DNA of 64,000 nt from Flavobacteriales bacterium UBA7690 (GTDB lineage Bacteria; Bacteroidota; Bacteroidia; Flavobacteriales_F; PHOS-HE28). Position 1 is the first letter of the stretch, and every line of letters starts with the position of its first letter. The stretch spans positions 47,789 to 111,788 of the forward strand of contig DLGQ01000109.1 in NCBI GenBank assembly GCA_002482775.1, in the 5' to 3' direction. Of the stretch, positions 48,305 to 58,704 are shown piece by piece. The position numbers and the translations under genes were made by a program. The notes under the pieces were generated by a model. The model was not told the DNA's origin. It was given only the letters and a program-made list of their open reading frames with translations, and ran no database searches.

Positions 48305-49429
48305 TCAAGCTGCTTGGGCGTGCAGTGTTTCATTCTGCATTGCTGGCCGCCCCAATTCCTGCAACCGACGCACATGCGAAAGGATCGCGTTGCCGATGGA
48401 CGGTTTCACGTTGTAGGGCAACCCATGTTCGGCCGCCACGCGCGCCACGATTGGAGCGATGGCGGGGTAGTGGATGTGGGAGATGTACGGGAACAAGTGG
48501 TGCTCGATCTGGTAGTTGAGCCCGCCGGTGAACCAGGTGATGAACGCGTTGCCGGGTGCGAAGTCGGCGGTGGTGAGCATTTCGTGTACGGCCCATTCCG
48601 TGGCGATGATGCCTTGTGCGTCGGGCAGCGGTTGTTTGGTGCCTTCCACCACATGCGCCAGTTGGAACACGGTACCTAGGATCACACCACAGGTGAAATG
48701 CATCAACACGAAACCGATGAGCACCTGCCACCAGAGCAGGGGAGTGAGCAAAAGCGGAAGACCGATGAAGAGGGTGACATGGGCCACCTTCACGAACACC
48801 ATGGCAACGAAAGCCAGCGGGTAGTTGTAGGTCTCCTTGCGGGTATGCTTGGTCCGCCGTGCCTTCTCCAGGGAGAAGAAGTCGTTCACCAGCTTCACCA
48901 GCGTGAGCAACCCGTAGAAGAAGAAGGCATAGATGTGCTGCAACCGGTGTACGCGCCACAGCGGTGCATGTTCGCTGAAACGGAGCAGGTCCGGCGGGTC
49001 GATGTCCTGATCCACTTCGTCCACGTTGGTATGCGTATGGTGGGCGCCGTTATGTTGCAGTTTCCAAGTGTGGGCATCACTGCCGAGCAGATACATGGTT
49101 CCGCCCAGCAGGTCGTTCACCCACTGGTGGCGGCTGGTGGCACCGTGCAAGGCATCGTGCATCACGCCCATGCCTACACCCGCCATACCCACGCCCATGG
49201 CGAAGTAGAGCAACAGGGCCATCCATGCCGAAGGTGCGAAGACCAGCAGCAGGACAAGTGGTGCGAAGAACAAGGCGAGCATCAAGGTCACTTTGAGGGC
49301 CACCCGGTTGTCCGCCTTCAAGCCGATCCCGCGTTGTTGGAAATGAGCGTGGACCTGTGTGCGTACCGTGGCAGCGAAGGATTTGGCTTTCGGATCGGTG
49401 CCGATGTAACGTGGGATAGGGACGCCCAT
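48305..49429 (-). CDS. membrane fatty acid desaturase
   Basis: His boxes HDALHG, HNGAHHTHTN and QIEHHLFP within a polytopic membrane protein. Confidence 0.8.
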   Translation of the reverse strand: MGVPIPRYIGTDPKAKSFAATVRTQVHAHFQQRGIGLKADNRVALKVTLMLALFFAPLVLLLVFAPSAWMALLLYFAMGVGMAGVGMGVMHDALHGATSRHQWVNDLLGGTMYLLGSDAHTWKLQHNGAHHTHTNVDEVDQDIDPPDLLRFSEHAPLWRVHRLQHIYAFFFYGLLTLVKLVNDFFSLEKARRTKHTRKETYNYPLAFVAMVFVKVAHVTLFIGLPLLLTPLLWWQVLIGFVLMHFTCGVILGTVFQLAHVVEGTKQPLPDAQGIIATEWAVHEMLTTADFAPGNAFITWFTGGLNYQIEHHLFPYISHIHYPAIAPIVARVAAEHGLPYNVKPSIGNAILSHVRRLQELGRPAMQNETLHAQAA

Positions 49430-49739
49430 GGTGCAACTAGGGTCTACTGACCGGAATTGGCGCGGCGAACGGAGCTGCTCCCGCGGAGGATAGATGGGGC
49501 GACATGGCCTGGCACGTGCCAGGACCCGGTAGCGCACGACTATGGCGTACGCCGATACGCGTTCGTTGTACCCGCATCGGGCGCAAGGTACGCCAGCGGT
49601 GGAGGCCTTCTGGTCTTTAATTTGAACAGGATCGTCGGAACTTCGGTGAACGGCCCTACCTTGCGGCCATCAATGCCTTGGTGCATTTACCAAGGATACA
49701 CACGTGGCGGCTTAGCGGTCGTCGCACAATACAAGCAGT

Positions 49740-49931
49740 ATGGCAAGTGGAGTAGTTAAGTTCTTCAACTCGGAGAAAGGTTTCGGTTTCATCACCCCGG
49801 ATGGTGGTGGCAAGGATGTGTTCGTGCACAAGACCGGTACCCGGGATAACCTCAACGAGGGCGATCGCGTGGAATTCGAAGTGGAGCAAAGTCCTAAAGG
49901 GGCTAACGCTGTGAACGTGACCAAGGCCTAA
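49740..49931 (+). CDS. cspA: cold-shock protein (CspA family)
   Basis: [18 protein letters not shown]1 motif. 63 aa. Leader of about 200 nt. Confidence 0.9.
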   Translation: MASGVVKFFNSEKGFGFITPDGGGKDVFVHKTGTRDNLNEGDRVEFEVEQSPKGANAVNVTKA

Positions 49932-49950
49932 GCAGCCTTTCTGATCATGC

Positions 49951-49984
49951 AACGCCCCGGCCGCAAGCCGGGGCGTTGTTTTTC
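49951..49984 (+). terminator. rho-independent terminator of cspA
   Basis: AACGCCCCGG, loop ccgcaag, CCGGGGCGTT, then GTTTTTC. Confidence 0.75.
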
Positions 49985-49998
49985 CCCCTACACAGAAT

Positions 49999-50032
49999 GA
50001 GAAAGGCCGTCCCTTCAGGGGACGGCCTTTCT
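49999..50032. terminator. second strong hairpin (15-bp stem), possibly a bidirectional terminator shared with the convergent gene
   Basis: GAGAAAGGCCGTCCC, loop ttca, GGGACGGCCTTTCTC. No clean T-tract. Confidence 0.45.
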
Positions 50033-50052
50033 CATTGCAACGGTCGGTGACC

Positions 50053-52017
50053 TTACTCTTTCACGAAAGTCCGTTTCACAGCGCCCTTCGGGGTGGTCAC
50101 TTCGAGCAGGTACACACCGCTCGCGAGGGATCCGATGTCGATGGTGCTGGCGCTTACCACGCCATGCTGCACCAATTGACCCGTGCTGGAGAAGATGCGA
50201 GCCATGCGGTTGTTCAGGTCGGCTCCGATCACCATCAGGTGGTTCGTTGCGGGTACCGGGAACAAGGCGAGTTCGTTCAGGGCTATCTCTTCAGTCGAAC
50301 TGAACAAGCCCTCGTGCACCACGATGGTGCTGTTGGGCTCCACGTTCTCGAGGTGGTCCACGATGCCGCTTGGCCAATGGACTTCTACGGTGGCCGTGGT
50401 GGCTTGGCCCAGGCCGAAGTGTGCCAGCAGGCTGCTCATGTAACGGAAGCCATCACCGCTTTTCACATCGCGGATCTGGCTGATGTCATTGGTGATCACA
50501 TGCACACGCGCGCCGATGCCGTTCTGGTTGCTTACTGAACCCACTGGCCAGATGCGCAACCAATTGTTACCCGTGCTCTGGTTGTAGTAGATGGTACCGC
50601 CGCCCAGGATGTCCAAGTATCCATCGTTGTCCATATCGCCGATGGGGCCATTGTAAGGTACGGTGTTGTCGAAGGTGAAGGTCCCATTGCCGTTGTTCAT
50701 CAGCATGCCATCGCCGCCGAGGATATCCAGCCAACCATCGTTGTTGAAGTCGTGCGTGGTCCACTCGTTGGATTGCCCATCGTTGGAGTTGACGCCGGAA
50801 ATGTTGGAGATGTCCGTGAACTCGCCATTTCCCTCGTTGCGCATCAGTTTGTGTTGAGCGCTGGAACTGCTTCCGATGAGCACGTCCATGTCGCCATCGT
50901 TGTCGTAGTCGCCCCACGCGCTGCTCCAGCTCTGGTGTTCATCGTTCCAGCCGAGGTCAGGCGCCACATCGGTGAAAACCCCACCTGGGGAGTTCGGCAT
51001 CAGGAGATCCTCGGGATCGCAACCGCATTTGGCGATGAAGAGGTCCATCAGCCCATCATTGTTGTAGTCGGTGAAGACCGATCCGTAATTGCCACAGGTC
51101 TCGCCATAGCCGCCTTGTTGAAAAAGGAGTGTGCCAGAGCCGTCGTTGATGAAGCCTACGTTGGCATCCACGTCATGGCAGGAGAACGCGTCCAAATGGC
51201 CGTCGTTGTTGAGGTCCACCATGTTCGTACGCTGGCAGAAGATGTACTCATCGTACGAAACTTCGGTGAAGGCGGTGCCATCCTCATTGGCGAACATGAG
51301 CGTTACGCCATCACCAGCGCCGTATAGCATATCGTTCGCGCCATTCTTGTCCAGATCACCAACACAGAGGCTCCACGAAGCGGGGTGATCTGCCGCTGAT
51401 GTTGGGATGTCCACGAATTCGAAGGTGCCATCAAGTTGTTGGAAACCGATGTGTACGTTGGATTCCGTGGGGTCCAGGAGGTCGTCCAATCCATCGTTGT
51501 TCATGTCCACAGCACCGAGGGTGTAGTTCATGCCGGGCACGGCGATCCCCGCGAAATCGATCACGTTCACAGGGGGCGGCGGCGGCGGTATCAAAGTGAT
51601 GCTGAACGGGAATCCGTTCGCGCTCCAGGTGTCATCGAAATTGAAATAATACGTCACGTTCGCCAATGCAGTGAAATCCAGTTCGGAGGAATACCCGTCG
51701 CCGGAATCATCATCACCTTCCAAACAGATCAACGCGTCGCAGGCACCGGTGTACACTTGGATACGGGTATCGGTGGGTTCTTCACCGAAGCTGGTGCTTA
51801 TCACCACGCCGGTATCCACCGGACTGGTGAAGGAATACCACTCGGCATGGTCGCCGTTCCCATAGGCGCAATTGTTCCCGGGTAAAGCATCGCCATCAAC
51901 AGCCAGAACGGTGTGCAGCCCTTCGGTCACGGGTAGGGCTGTAGCGCAGGAATTCTGGGCTGCGGCGGGCATTGCCAATGCCAGGAAGAGCAGCAGGAGT
52001 AAGGTTCTATTCATCAC
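50053..52017 (-). CDS. FG-GAP/VCBS repeat (CRTAC1-like) protein with ASPIC/UnbV region and C-terminal T9SS sorting domain
   Basis: Signal peptide. Repeated NNDGxxDxx Ca-binding FG-GAP loops. CTD tail. Confidence 0.75.
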   Translation of the reverse strand: MMNRTLLLLLFLALAMPAAAQNSCATALPVTEGLHTVLAVDGDALPGNNCAYGNGDHAEWYSFTSPVDTGVVISTSFGEEPTDTRIQVYTGACDALICLEGDDDSGDGYSSELDFTALANVTYYFNFDDTWSANGFPFSITLIPPPPPPVNVIDFAGIAVPGMNYTLGAVDMNNDGLDDLLDPTESNVHIGFQQLDGTFEFVDIPTSAADHPASWSLCVGDLDKNGANDMLYGAGDGVTLMFANEDGTAFTEVSYDEYIFCQRTNMVDLNNDGHLDAFSCHDVDANVGFINDGSGTLLFQQGGYGETCGNYGSVFTDYNNDGLMDLFIAKCGCDPEDLLMPNSPGGVFTDVAPDLGWNDEHQSWSSAWGDYDNDGDMDVLIGSSSSAQHKLMRNEGNGEFTDISNISGVNSNDGQSNEWTTHDFNNDGWLDILGGDGMLMNNGNGTFTFDNTVPYNGPIGDMDNDGYLDILGGGTIYYNQSTGNNWLRIWPVGSVSNQNGIGARVHVITNDISQIRDVKSGDGFRYMSSLLAHFGLGQATTATVEVHWPSGIVDHLENVEPNSTIVVHEGLFSSTEEIALNELALFPVPATNHLMVIGADLNNRMARIFSSTGQLVQHGVVSASTIDIGSLASGVYLLEVTTPKGAVKRTFVKE

Positions 52018-52033
52018 GTGCAGGTGGTTGGTA

Positions 52034-53149
52034 TCAAGGACAAGCGGGAGAAAGACTGTTGATCCAGTCGGAGATCAAGGCGAGGCCTTCATCGTGGACA
52101 AGCGTACGGCCAAGCAAGGGCATGCGTTCAGCTTCATCCACGGAAGCGGCCCGGTAGTGCAACAAAGAGCGGGCGGTATTGCCACGCGCTACTATGAAAG
52201 TGTGCTGCGGTAGTAGCGGGTCGTCCGGCGGCACGCACACACCCAGGTTCACCGGGTCCGCGGTCTCGTTGAAGGCGAACCGCATGGGCCGGTAATCACA
52301 ATGGCTGCCTTCTCGGTGGCAATGGGCGCAATTGATGTCAACATAGCCGCGGATGCGATCGGTAAGCTCCTCTGAGGGGTCGTCCCAACGAGCAACGGTG
52401 CTGATGCGCTTGGGATAGCCCGGCTGTAAGTATCCCTCCTGCACCCAGCGCTGCAACTGGTTCTGCGGTCTGCGTTGGGCCGTAGTACTGCTGTTGGAAT
52501 AGGCGAGGTCGCTGTTCATGTTCTGCGGCTTCGGGCCTATGGGGGTGGCAACACCATCGAACTTGTGGCAGGTGAAACACTCCGCCTGGGAAGGGATGCG
52601 ATAGGTAACTGTGCGGGTGAGGCCGCTCTCGTCCACCCACGTGATGGGCGTATGGCTGCCGCCCATGTCCAGCGTGGCTTCTGTCTGTTCCGCGTTCCAT
52701 ACGTAGTTGGCGAACTCCCACGCACCATTGCGTTTGAACAACAGCCGTGTTTCTAAGATGCGGCGAACATCGGCCGGTTGTACACGGTCGTAGTAGAACG
52801 ATTTGATCAGTACGGTACCATCGGGGAAGTCCAGCACATCATGGTCCGAGGTGTACGTAGCGCTTGTCCCGGCGGGCATCCACACGAAGCGGAGCTTGTG
52901 GGCGTAGTCGCTGAACAAGGCATTGATGGGGGTGTAGGGTAGAACCCCTTTCACGGGCCGTTGCAAGGCGAGCTGGCCTTTGAAGAAGCGGTAGCTGGAA
53001 AGGGTATTGAACGGGAACAATTGCGGGTCCAGCTCCAGGCGATCCCCTTCTTCCTCATCCAACACGGCAAGCCCCTCCTGGATGTTCTCCTTCGTGCAGG
53101 ATACCAGGATGACGAACAGGATCAGGAACAGGGAGAGGACCTTCTTCAA
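52034..53149 (-). CDS. lipoprotein with two CxxCH motifs (putative di-haem c-type cytochrome)
   Basis: Lipobox LVSC. CFTCHK and CAHCHR motifs separated by about 95 aa. Confidence 0.55.
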   Translation of the reverse strand: MKKVLSLFLILFVILVSCTKENIQEGLAVLDEEEGDRLELDPQLFPFNTLSSYRFFKGQLALQRPVKGVLPYTPINALFSDYAHKLRFVWMPAGTSATYTSDHDVLDFPDGTVLIKSFYYDRVQPADVRRILETRLLFKRNGAWEFANYVWNAEQTEATLDMGGSHTPITWVDESGLTRTVTYRIPSQAECFTCHKFDGVATPIGPKPQNMNSDLAYSNSSTTAQRRPQNQLQRWVQEGYLQPGYPKRISTVARWDDPSEELTDRIRGYVDINCAHCHREGSHCDYRPMRFAFNETADPVNLGVCVPPDDPLLPQHTFIVARGNTARSLLHYRAASVDEAERMPLLGRTLVHDEGLALISDWINSLSPACP

Positions 53150-53282
53150 CGGAGCATGCGTGTATCAGGAGTACGAATATGGGTAGGACGGAAGCGAACA
53201 AGGTACTCGTTGCCCTGCCCAACTACAGGGCAAGCTATGAATGCCGAGCCCCCAGCTACCGCCACCGCTACCTTTGTGCCCG

Positions 53283-54431
53283 ATGTCGCACGCTTCTGCC
53301 GCCTTGCGTCCGAAACCCTTTTCCACCTGGGGCCTCGGCCTGGATCGGCCATTGATGATCGCTGGTCCGTGCAGTGCGGAATCCGAAGCGCAGATGCTGG
53401 CGACCGCACAGGGGCTCGCGGCCAGCGGCCAAGTCCAGGTGTTCCGTGCGGGTCTGTGGAAGCCACGGACCCGTCCCGGCGCGTTCGAGGGTAGCGGTGA
53501 TGCGGGCCTGCCTTGGCTGCGTAGGGTGAAGGAGGCTACCGGCCTGCTCACACTTACCGAGGTGGCTACCGCCCAGCACGTGGAGGCCAGCCTGAAAGCG
53601 GGTGTGGACATGCTGTGGATAGGGGCGCGCACCACGCCCAACCCCTTCAGCGTGCAGGAGATCGCCGACGCCTTGCGTGGTGTGGACATCCCGGTCTTCG
53701 TCAAGAACCCCATCAACCCGGACCTCCAGCTCTGGATCGGTGCTTTGGAACGGTTGGAACGGGCAGGCATTACGCGTTTCGCAGCCATACACCGTGGATT
53801 CTCGTGGTTCGAACGAACGCCCTTCCGCAACAGCCCCATGTGGGAGTTCCCCATCCGGTTGAAGGCGGCTTTCCCGGAACTGGAGATCGTGGGCGACCCC
53901 AGTCATATCGCTGGCAACCGCGAGAACATCGGTCTGGTGGCCCAACAAGCGCTGGACCTGGGTTTCAGCGGGCTCATGATCGAAGTGCATACCGATCCGT
54001 CCGCTGCCCTTAGCGATGCCCAGCAACAGCTTACTCCGGCAGCCTACGCCTCCGTGGTGGACAGCCTGATCTTCCGGCAGGCCTTGCCCACCCCGCTCAT
54101 GCAGGATCGGTTGGAGGAGCTCCGCGATCTGATCGACCAGCTGGATGAAGAGATCGCCCAGAAAATGGGTGCACGCATGGACATCGCCGAGCGTATCGGC
54201 GACCACAAGCGGGAGCACAACGTGGCCATCATGCAGCCCGAGCGTTGGGAGAGCATCATGCAGCGCCAACTGCGGCTTTCCGGGCATTTGGGGCTCAGCG
54301 AGGCGTTCGTTCGGGAGTACATGGATGCTGTCCATCGCGAGAGCATCCGGCGGCAGACCACACCGGGTGAAGCGGGTGATGGGGCCTCGGCAGGATCTCC
54401 ACAGTCCGCCATGGAAGGACTGGACGCCTGA
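53283..54431 (+). CDS. bifunctional 3-deoxy-7-phosphoheptulonate synthase / chorismate mutase type II
   Basis: KDO8P/DAHPS-like TIM-barrel region plus a C-terminal AroQ chorismate mutase helix bundle (LEELRDLIDQLDEEI...). Confidence 0.75.
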   Translation: MSHASAALRPKPFSTWGLGLDRPLMIAGPCSAESEAQMLATAQGLAASGQVQVFRAGLWKPRTRPGAFEGSGDAGLPWLRRVKEATGLLTLTEVATAQHVEASLKAGVDMLWIGARTTPNPFSVQEIADALRGVDIPVFVKNPINPDLQLWIGALERLERAGITRFAAIHRGFSWFERTPFRNSPMWEFPIRLKAAFPELEIVGDPSHIAGNRENIGLVAQQALDLGFSGLMIEVHTDPSAALSDAQQQLTPAAYASVVDSLIFRQALPTPLMQDRLEELRDLIDQLDEEIAQKMGARMDIAERIGDHKREHNVAIMQPERWESIMQRQLRLSGHLGLSEAFVREYMDAVHRESIRRQTTPGEAGDGASAGSPQSAMEGLDA

Positions 54432-54484
54432 GCGAACCTCCCCCTACCTTCGAGCGTTCAAAACCAACTGCAAGGAATTTTCAC

Positions 54485-57313
54485 ATGCTCAAAACCCTTA
54501 CGCTAGGTCTTCCGGCCTTGCTGTGCGCACCACTGACCATGGCGCAGCTCAGCTTCACGAACGCTACCAACCGCATGAGCAATGTCACCCTAAGCGGTGG
54601 CTGCATGGGGGTGGTTGATATGAACGGTGATGGCTTGGACGACATCGCCAAACTGCACAACGCCCGGGTATTCCAAGTCGATTACCAGAACCCGGACGGT
54701 ACGTTCACCTTGGTGGATTACGGCCAAGTGAGCAACAGCGGCCAGTGGGGCTGGGCCATTGCCGATCTGGATAACGACGGACATAAGGACATGGTGAGCG
54801 GTGGCAGCTACGATGGCTCACACTACGTGCGCATCACCGCCCCCGGAGCCTCCACCATGACGGACTTGGATGGTCCGGACATTTTCACCCAAGCGATGAG
54901 CATGGGCGATGTGAACAACGATGGCCGTGTGGATGTGTTCGCCTGCCACGACGATGGTGCACCGAATCTTTGGTTCACCAATGCGAGCGGCGTGCCGGTG
55001 AACAACAACGGTTACATCAACTGGGCCACCAACCCCACCAGTGACATGAGCGGCAACTACGGCAGCTGCTTCTCCGATTTCGATAGCGATGGGGACATCG
55101 ACCTTTATATAGCCAAGTGTCGCCAAGGAGTGAATGATCCGAATGACATTCGGAGATGGGACCGTCTTTTTGTGAATGACGGCAATAGCACCTTCACGGA
55201 TCAAGCTCCGGAGTATGGCGTTCAAAACCGCAACCAGACCTGGACCGCCGATTTCGGCGATATGGACAACGATGGTGACCTGGACATGGTTGCCACCAAC
55301 CACGATGCCACCGTTCAGCTTTTCGAGAACGATGGGACAGGACATTTTACAGATGCCACAGCAGGCTGCGGTATGGAGGTGAACGGCTTCTTCCTCCAAA
55401 GCAAGTTCGCCGATCTGGATAATGATGGGTTCTTGGACGTGATCATTGCCGGAGGCGACGAGTACTTCTTCAAAGGCAACGGCAACGGCACCTTTACCCA
55501 GATCAACAACTTGTTACCAGCTGGTAAGGACCTGCACAGTTTCGCCACGGGCGATCTGAACAACGATGGCTTCACGGACATTTTTGCGAACTATGGTGGT
55601 GGATACATCACCCCGGATGCCAACAACCCCGATCGCCTATGGCTGAATAACGGGAATAGCAACCACTGGTTCACGGTGCGTTTGCAGGGCACAGTGAGCA
55701 ACCGCGACGCTATAGGTGGGCAAGTGCGCATCACCGGCCCATGGGGCACACAAGTACGGGAGGTGAAGGCAGGCGAGAGCTACGGCATGGTCACCACCTT
55801 CGCGTGCAACTTCGGCCTTGGCCAGAACACAACGATCCCTACGTTGACGATCAACTGGCCTAGTGGGCTGGTGGAGACCTTCAACAACCTGACCGCCGAC
55901 CAGACCATCACGGTGATCGAGAACACCTGCATAAGCCCGGTGGCCACCATCACCACGCCAACGGCGCCGATCATCTGCGGCAACGGCGACCAGCTAACCC
56001 TTACCGCCGACGATGGATACGAATACGTCTGGAGCAACGGTGCTACCACGCGCAGCATCAATGTCACCGCAGCAGGGAACTATTCCGTTACGATCGATGA
56101 TGGCGAGGGATGCTCGGCTTCAACAAGCATCTTCGTGCAACAGAGCCCCGATGAAACACCGGTGGTGAACGTGGATGGCGAATTGAAGTTCTGCGAGGGC
56201 GGCGGTGTGGTCCTCACATCAAGCACTGCTTCATCCTATGCATGGAACAACGGTGCTGGGGATACACAGAGCATCACAGCTACCACCAGCGGTACGTACG
56301 AGGTCACCATTGAAGGTGTATGCGGCGAATTCACCAGCGAGGCTGTAGAGGTGGAAGTGCTCGATGCACCCAATGCACCGATCGCCGATGATACCAACAC
56401 GCCATTGAACACGAGTGCCACGCTGGAGGCCACAGGCACCAACCTACAATGGTTCGGCCAAGCGAATGGCGGCACGGCGCTCGGTACGGGAACAACGTTC
56501 AACACACCGGTATTGAATGCGGATGCCACCTACTGGGTGTCGTCATCAACGGTACACGGTGGTGCCATCGCTTTCGGTGGCCGGACGAACAACAGTGCAA
56601 GCGGCATCTACCACACCAACGCGGACAACTACCAGCTCTTCACAGCTTCCGAGGACATGATCATCGTGAGCGTGAAGGTCTATGCCAATGGCGCGGGCAA
56701 CCGTACCATCGCAGTGATCAACCAAGGCAATGGAAGCACCGTCGCTACAGGCACCTTCAACATCCCCAACGGCGAAAGCCGCGTAACGTTGAACTTCAAC
56801 GTGCCAGCAGGTGGACCTTATGGCCTGCGTGCCGTGGGCGGCAACCCGCAACTCTGGCGCGATGGTGCTGGTAGCAATCCAGCTTATCCGTATGCACTTG
56901 GCACGCTTGGTAGCATGACGAGCAGCACCGCCAGTGGTGCGAATGCAACGGCTTACTACTACTTCTTCTACGACATCGAAGTGAAGAGCCCGAGCACCAC
57001 CTGCGAAGGTCCACGCACCGAAGTGCAAGTTTTCGTTGGCTCTACCAGCATTGGTGAACAAGTCCCGGCCGATGGATTGAACGTGTGGCCAAACCCCACC
57101 ACGGGTCAGTTGAACATTGATCTCGCCGGTGTGAAGGGCCGGGTATCGATGGACCTGCACGATGTCACCGGACGTTTGGTACTTGCCACTAACATGGACG
57201 CCACGGCACAAGGCATCTCGGTATTGGACCTGAACGGTTTGGCTTCCGGCGAATACACATTGAACGTGCGCCACGAAGGCGGTAGCGTTGTGCGCCGTGT
57301 GGTGCTGCAGTGA
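54485..57313 (+). CDS. FG-GAP/VCBS repeat (CRTAC1-like) protein with ASPIC/UnbV domain, Ig-like repeats and C-terminal T9SS sorting domain
   Basis: Signal peptide. Multiple DxDGDxD FG-GAP loops. ASPIC signature RLWLNNGNSNHWFTVRLQG. CTD LNVWPNPTTGQLNIDLAG. Confidence 0.8.
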   Translation: MLKTLTLGLPALLCAPLTMAQLSFTNATNRMSNVTLSGGCMGVVDMNGDGLDDIAKLHNARVFQVDYQNPDGTFTLVDYGQVSNSGQWGWAIADLDNDGHKDMVSGGSYDGSHYVRITAPGASTMTDLDGPDIFTQAMSMGDVNNDGRVDVFACHDDGAPNLWFTNASGVPVNNNGYINWATNPTSDMSGNYGSCFSDFDSDGDIDLYIAKCRQGVNDPNDIRRWDRLFVNDGNSTFTDQAPEYGVQNRNQTWTADFGDMDNDGDLDMVATNHDATVQLFENDGTGHFTDATAGCGMEVNGFFLQSKFADLDNDGFLDVIIAGGDEYFFKGNGNGTFTQINNLLPAGKDLHSFATGDLNNDGFTDIFANYGGGYITPDANNPDRLWLNNGNSNHWFTVRLQGTVSNRDAIGGQVRITGPWGTQVREVKAGESYGMVTTFACNFGLGQNTTIPTLTINWPSGLVETFNNLTADQTITVIENTCISPVATITTPTAPIICGNGDQLTLTADDGYEYVWSNGATTRSINVTAAGNYSVTIDDGEGCSASTSIFVQQSPDETPVVNVDGELKFCEGGGVVLTSSTASSYAWNNGAGDTQSITATTSGTYEVTIEGVCGEFTSEAVEVEVLDAPNAPIADDTNTPLNTSATLEATGTNLQWFGQANGGTALGTGTTFNTPVLNADATYWVSSSTVHGGAIAFGGRTNNSASGIYHTNADNYQLFTASEDMIIVSVKVYANGAGNRTIAVINQGNGSTVATGTFNIPNGESRVTLNFNVPAGGPYGLRAVGGNPQLWRDGAGSNPAYPYALGTLGSMTSSTASGANATAYYYFFYDIEVKSPSTTCEGPRTEVQVFVGSTSIGEQVPADGLNVWPNPTTGQLNIDLAGVKGRVSMDLHDVTGRLVLATNMDATAQGISVLDLNGLASGEYTLNVRHEGGSVVRRVVLQ

Positions 57314-57418
57314 TCGCTCTTCCAGTTGAACAACAGAAGCCTTCGCTCACCAGAGCGGGGGCTTCTTCGTGTATCCCCAGCGGTGTTGTGGACGTACAAG
57401 GCGGGCAACCACCCTCCC

Positions 57419-57910
57419 ATGCGCCACATCAACTTGCTTCTACTCAGTGTCTCCATCATCACCCTCACCGCATGTGCGAAGGCGGGCAAAGAGGTGGCAG
57501 AGGAATTGGGTATCATTCCCTCCACGTGTGGCGCCGATGGTGCCCGTGTACAAGCCCAAGTGGATGGTTCCTCATTCTGTGGCGACGCGCAGGTCGTTGC
57601 GGTTTCCGATGGTATCAGCGCCACGGTGAGCGGCATCACCCTGCTGGGCAATACCTTGAGCATCCAGTTGGATACGCTCGCACCGGGCACCTACACCATC
57701 AGCGAAGCGGAGAACGCGGTGTTGTACATGGCAATAGGAACACCCTATACCTCCATGGGCGACAGTGCCGGATCGGTCACGATCAGTTCGCACGATGCCG
57801 CCGCGCATAGCCTTAAAGCCACGTTCGCCGCAACCGTGCGCAACGAGATGAGCGGTAGTACGAAGGCCATTTCCGGAAGTGTGGATGTGACGTACACGGA
57901 CGGACAGTGA
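57419..57910 (+). CDS. hypothetical lipoprotein
   Basis: MRHINLLLLSVSIITLTACAKAG, giving a signal peptide plus lipobox. Confidence 0.5.
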   Translation: MRHINLLLLSVSIITLTACAKAGKEVAEELGIIPSTCGADGARVQAQVDGSSFCGDAQVVAVSDGISATVSGITLLGNTLSIQLDTLAPGTYTISEAENAVLYMAIGTPYTSMGDSAGSVTISSHDAAAHSLKATFAATVRNEMSGSTKAISGSVDVTYTDGQ

Positions 57911-57999
57911 TCCGCGGATCCGGATTCGTGGTCTTTCAGCACGTCTTCGCCATGGCGGTCGCGAACGGCATCCAGTAGGGTGGGCCGTACCTTGCGCCG

Positions 58000-58704
58000 G
58001 TGGGCCAGGGGACTGAGAACGTAACGCGCGGGCGGGTCGCCGTGATCGGTGCAGGCGGCACGGGTTGCGGACTGTTGCCGCTGCTCGGAGGACTTCCGCT
58101 TACAGCTATCACCGTGATCGATGGCGACACCGTTGAAGAGAAGAATCTACCACGTCAATTGCTTTACACCATGGCGGATGTAGGCCACCCGAAAGTGGAG
58201 GTCGCTGCCGGACGGATGCGCATGATGGCCGCAGGTGTCACATGGCGAACGGAGCACTGTTTCGTGGATGCCGCGAACTGCGCCGCGCTCATCACCGGTT
58301 GCGATCTTGTCGCCGATTGCACGGATGACCTGGCCGCACGCGCCCTCATTGAACGCACCTGCCGGGCACTGGGTGTTCCGCTCGTGAGCGGCGCGGTCCA
58401 CGGCCACCAGGTGCAAGTGATCACCTGCTACGGCATGGTGCATCGCGAACGTCGCGGTACGTTCTTCCAAGGCCGAGTGACGGAAGAGCAACTGGGCTGC
58501 GACATGCGCGACGTGCCAGCTGCGGTTACCACGCTCGCCGCTTCGCTGATGGCTTTGCGGATCGCTGATCTGCTGAAGGGTGGCGATGGCCTTGCCGGTG
58601 TGATGGACCTGGTGGATAGCCAGCACGGGCGGTGGATGCGCATCATGGGGCCCGAAGCCGGAGAGTTCATGGATACCCCGATCGACCCGCAGCACTACGC
58701 ATGA
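58000..58704 (+). CDS. ThiF/MoeB/HesA family E1-like adenylyltransferase (no rhodanese domain)
   Basis: GTG start. Nucleotide-binding motif VAVIGAGGTGCG. CxxC pair present. First gene of the Moco cluster. Confidence 0.75.
   Translation: MGQGTENVTRGRVAVIGAGGTGCGLLPLLGGLPLTAITVIDGDTVEEKNLPRQLLYTMADVGHPKVEVAAGRMRMMAAGVTWRTEHCFVDAANCAALITGCDLVADCTDDLAARALIERTCRALGVPLVSGAVHGHQVQVITCYGMVHRERRGTFFQGRVTEEQLGCDMRDVPAAVTTLAASLMALRIADLLKGGDGLAGVMDLVDSQHGRWMRIMGPEAGEFMDTPIDPQHYA

Noticed and set aside
57911-57999. Possible Moco riboswitch upstream of the molybdenum cofactor operon
   Set aside because: Only 89 nt are available, which is too short for the roughly 130-nt Moco RNA motif. No conserved motif core is recognisable.
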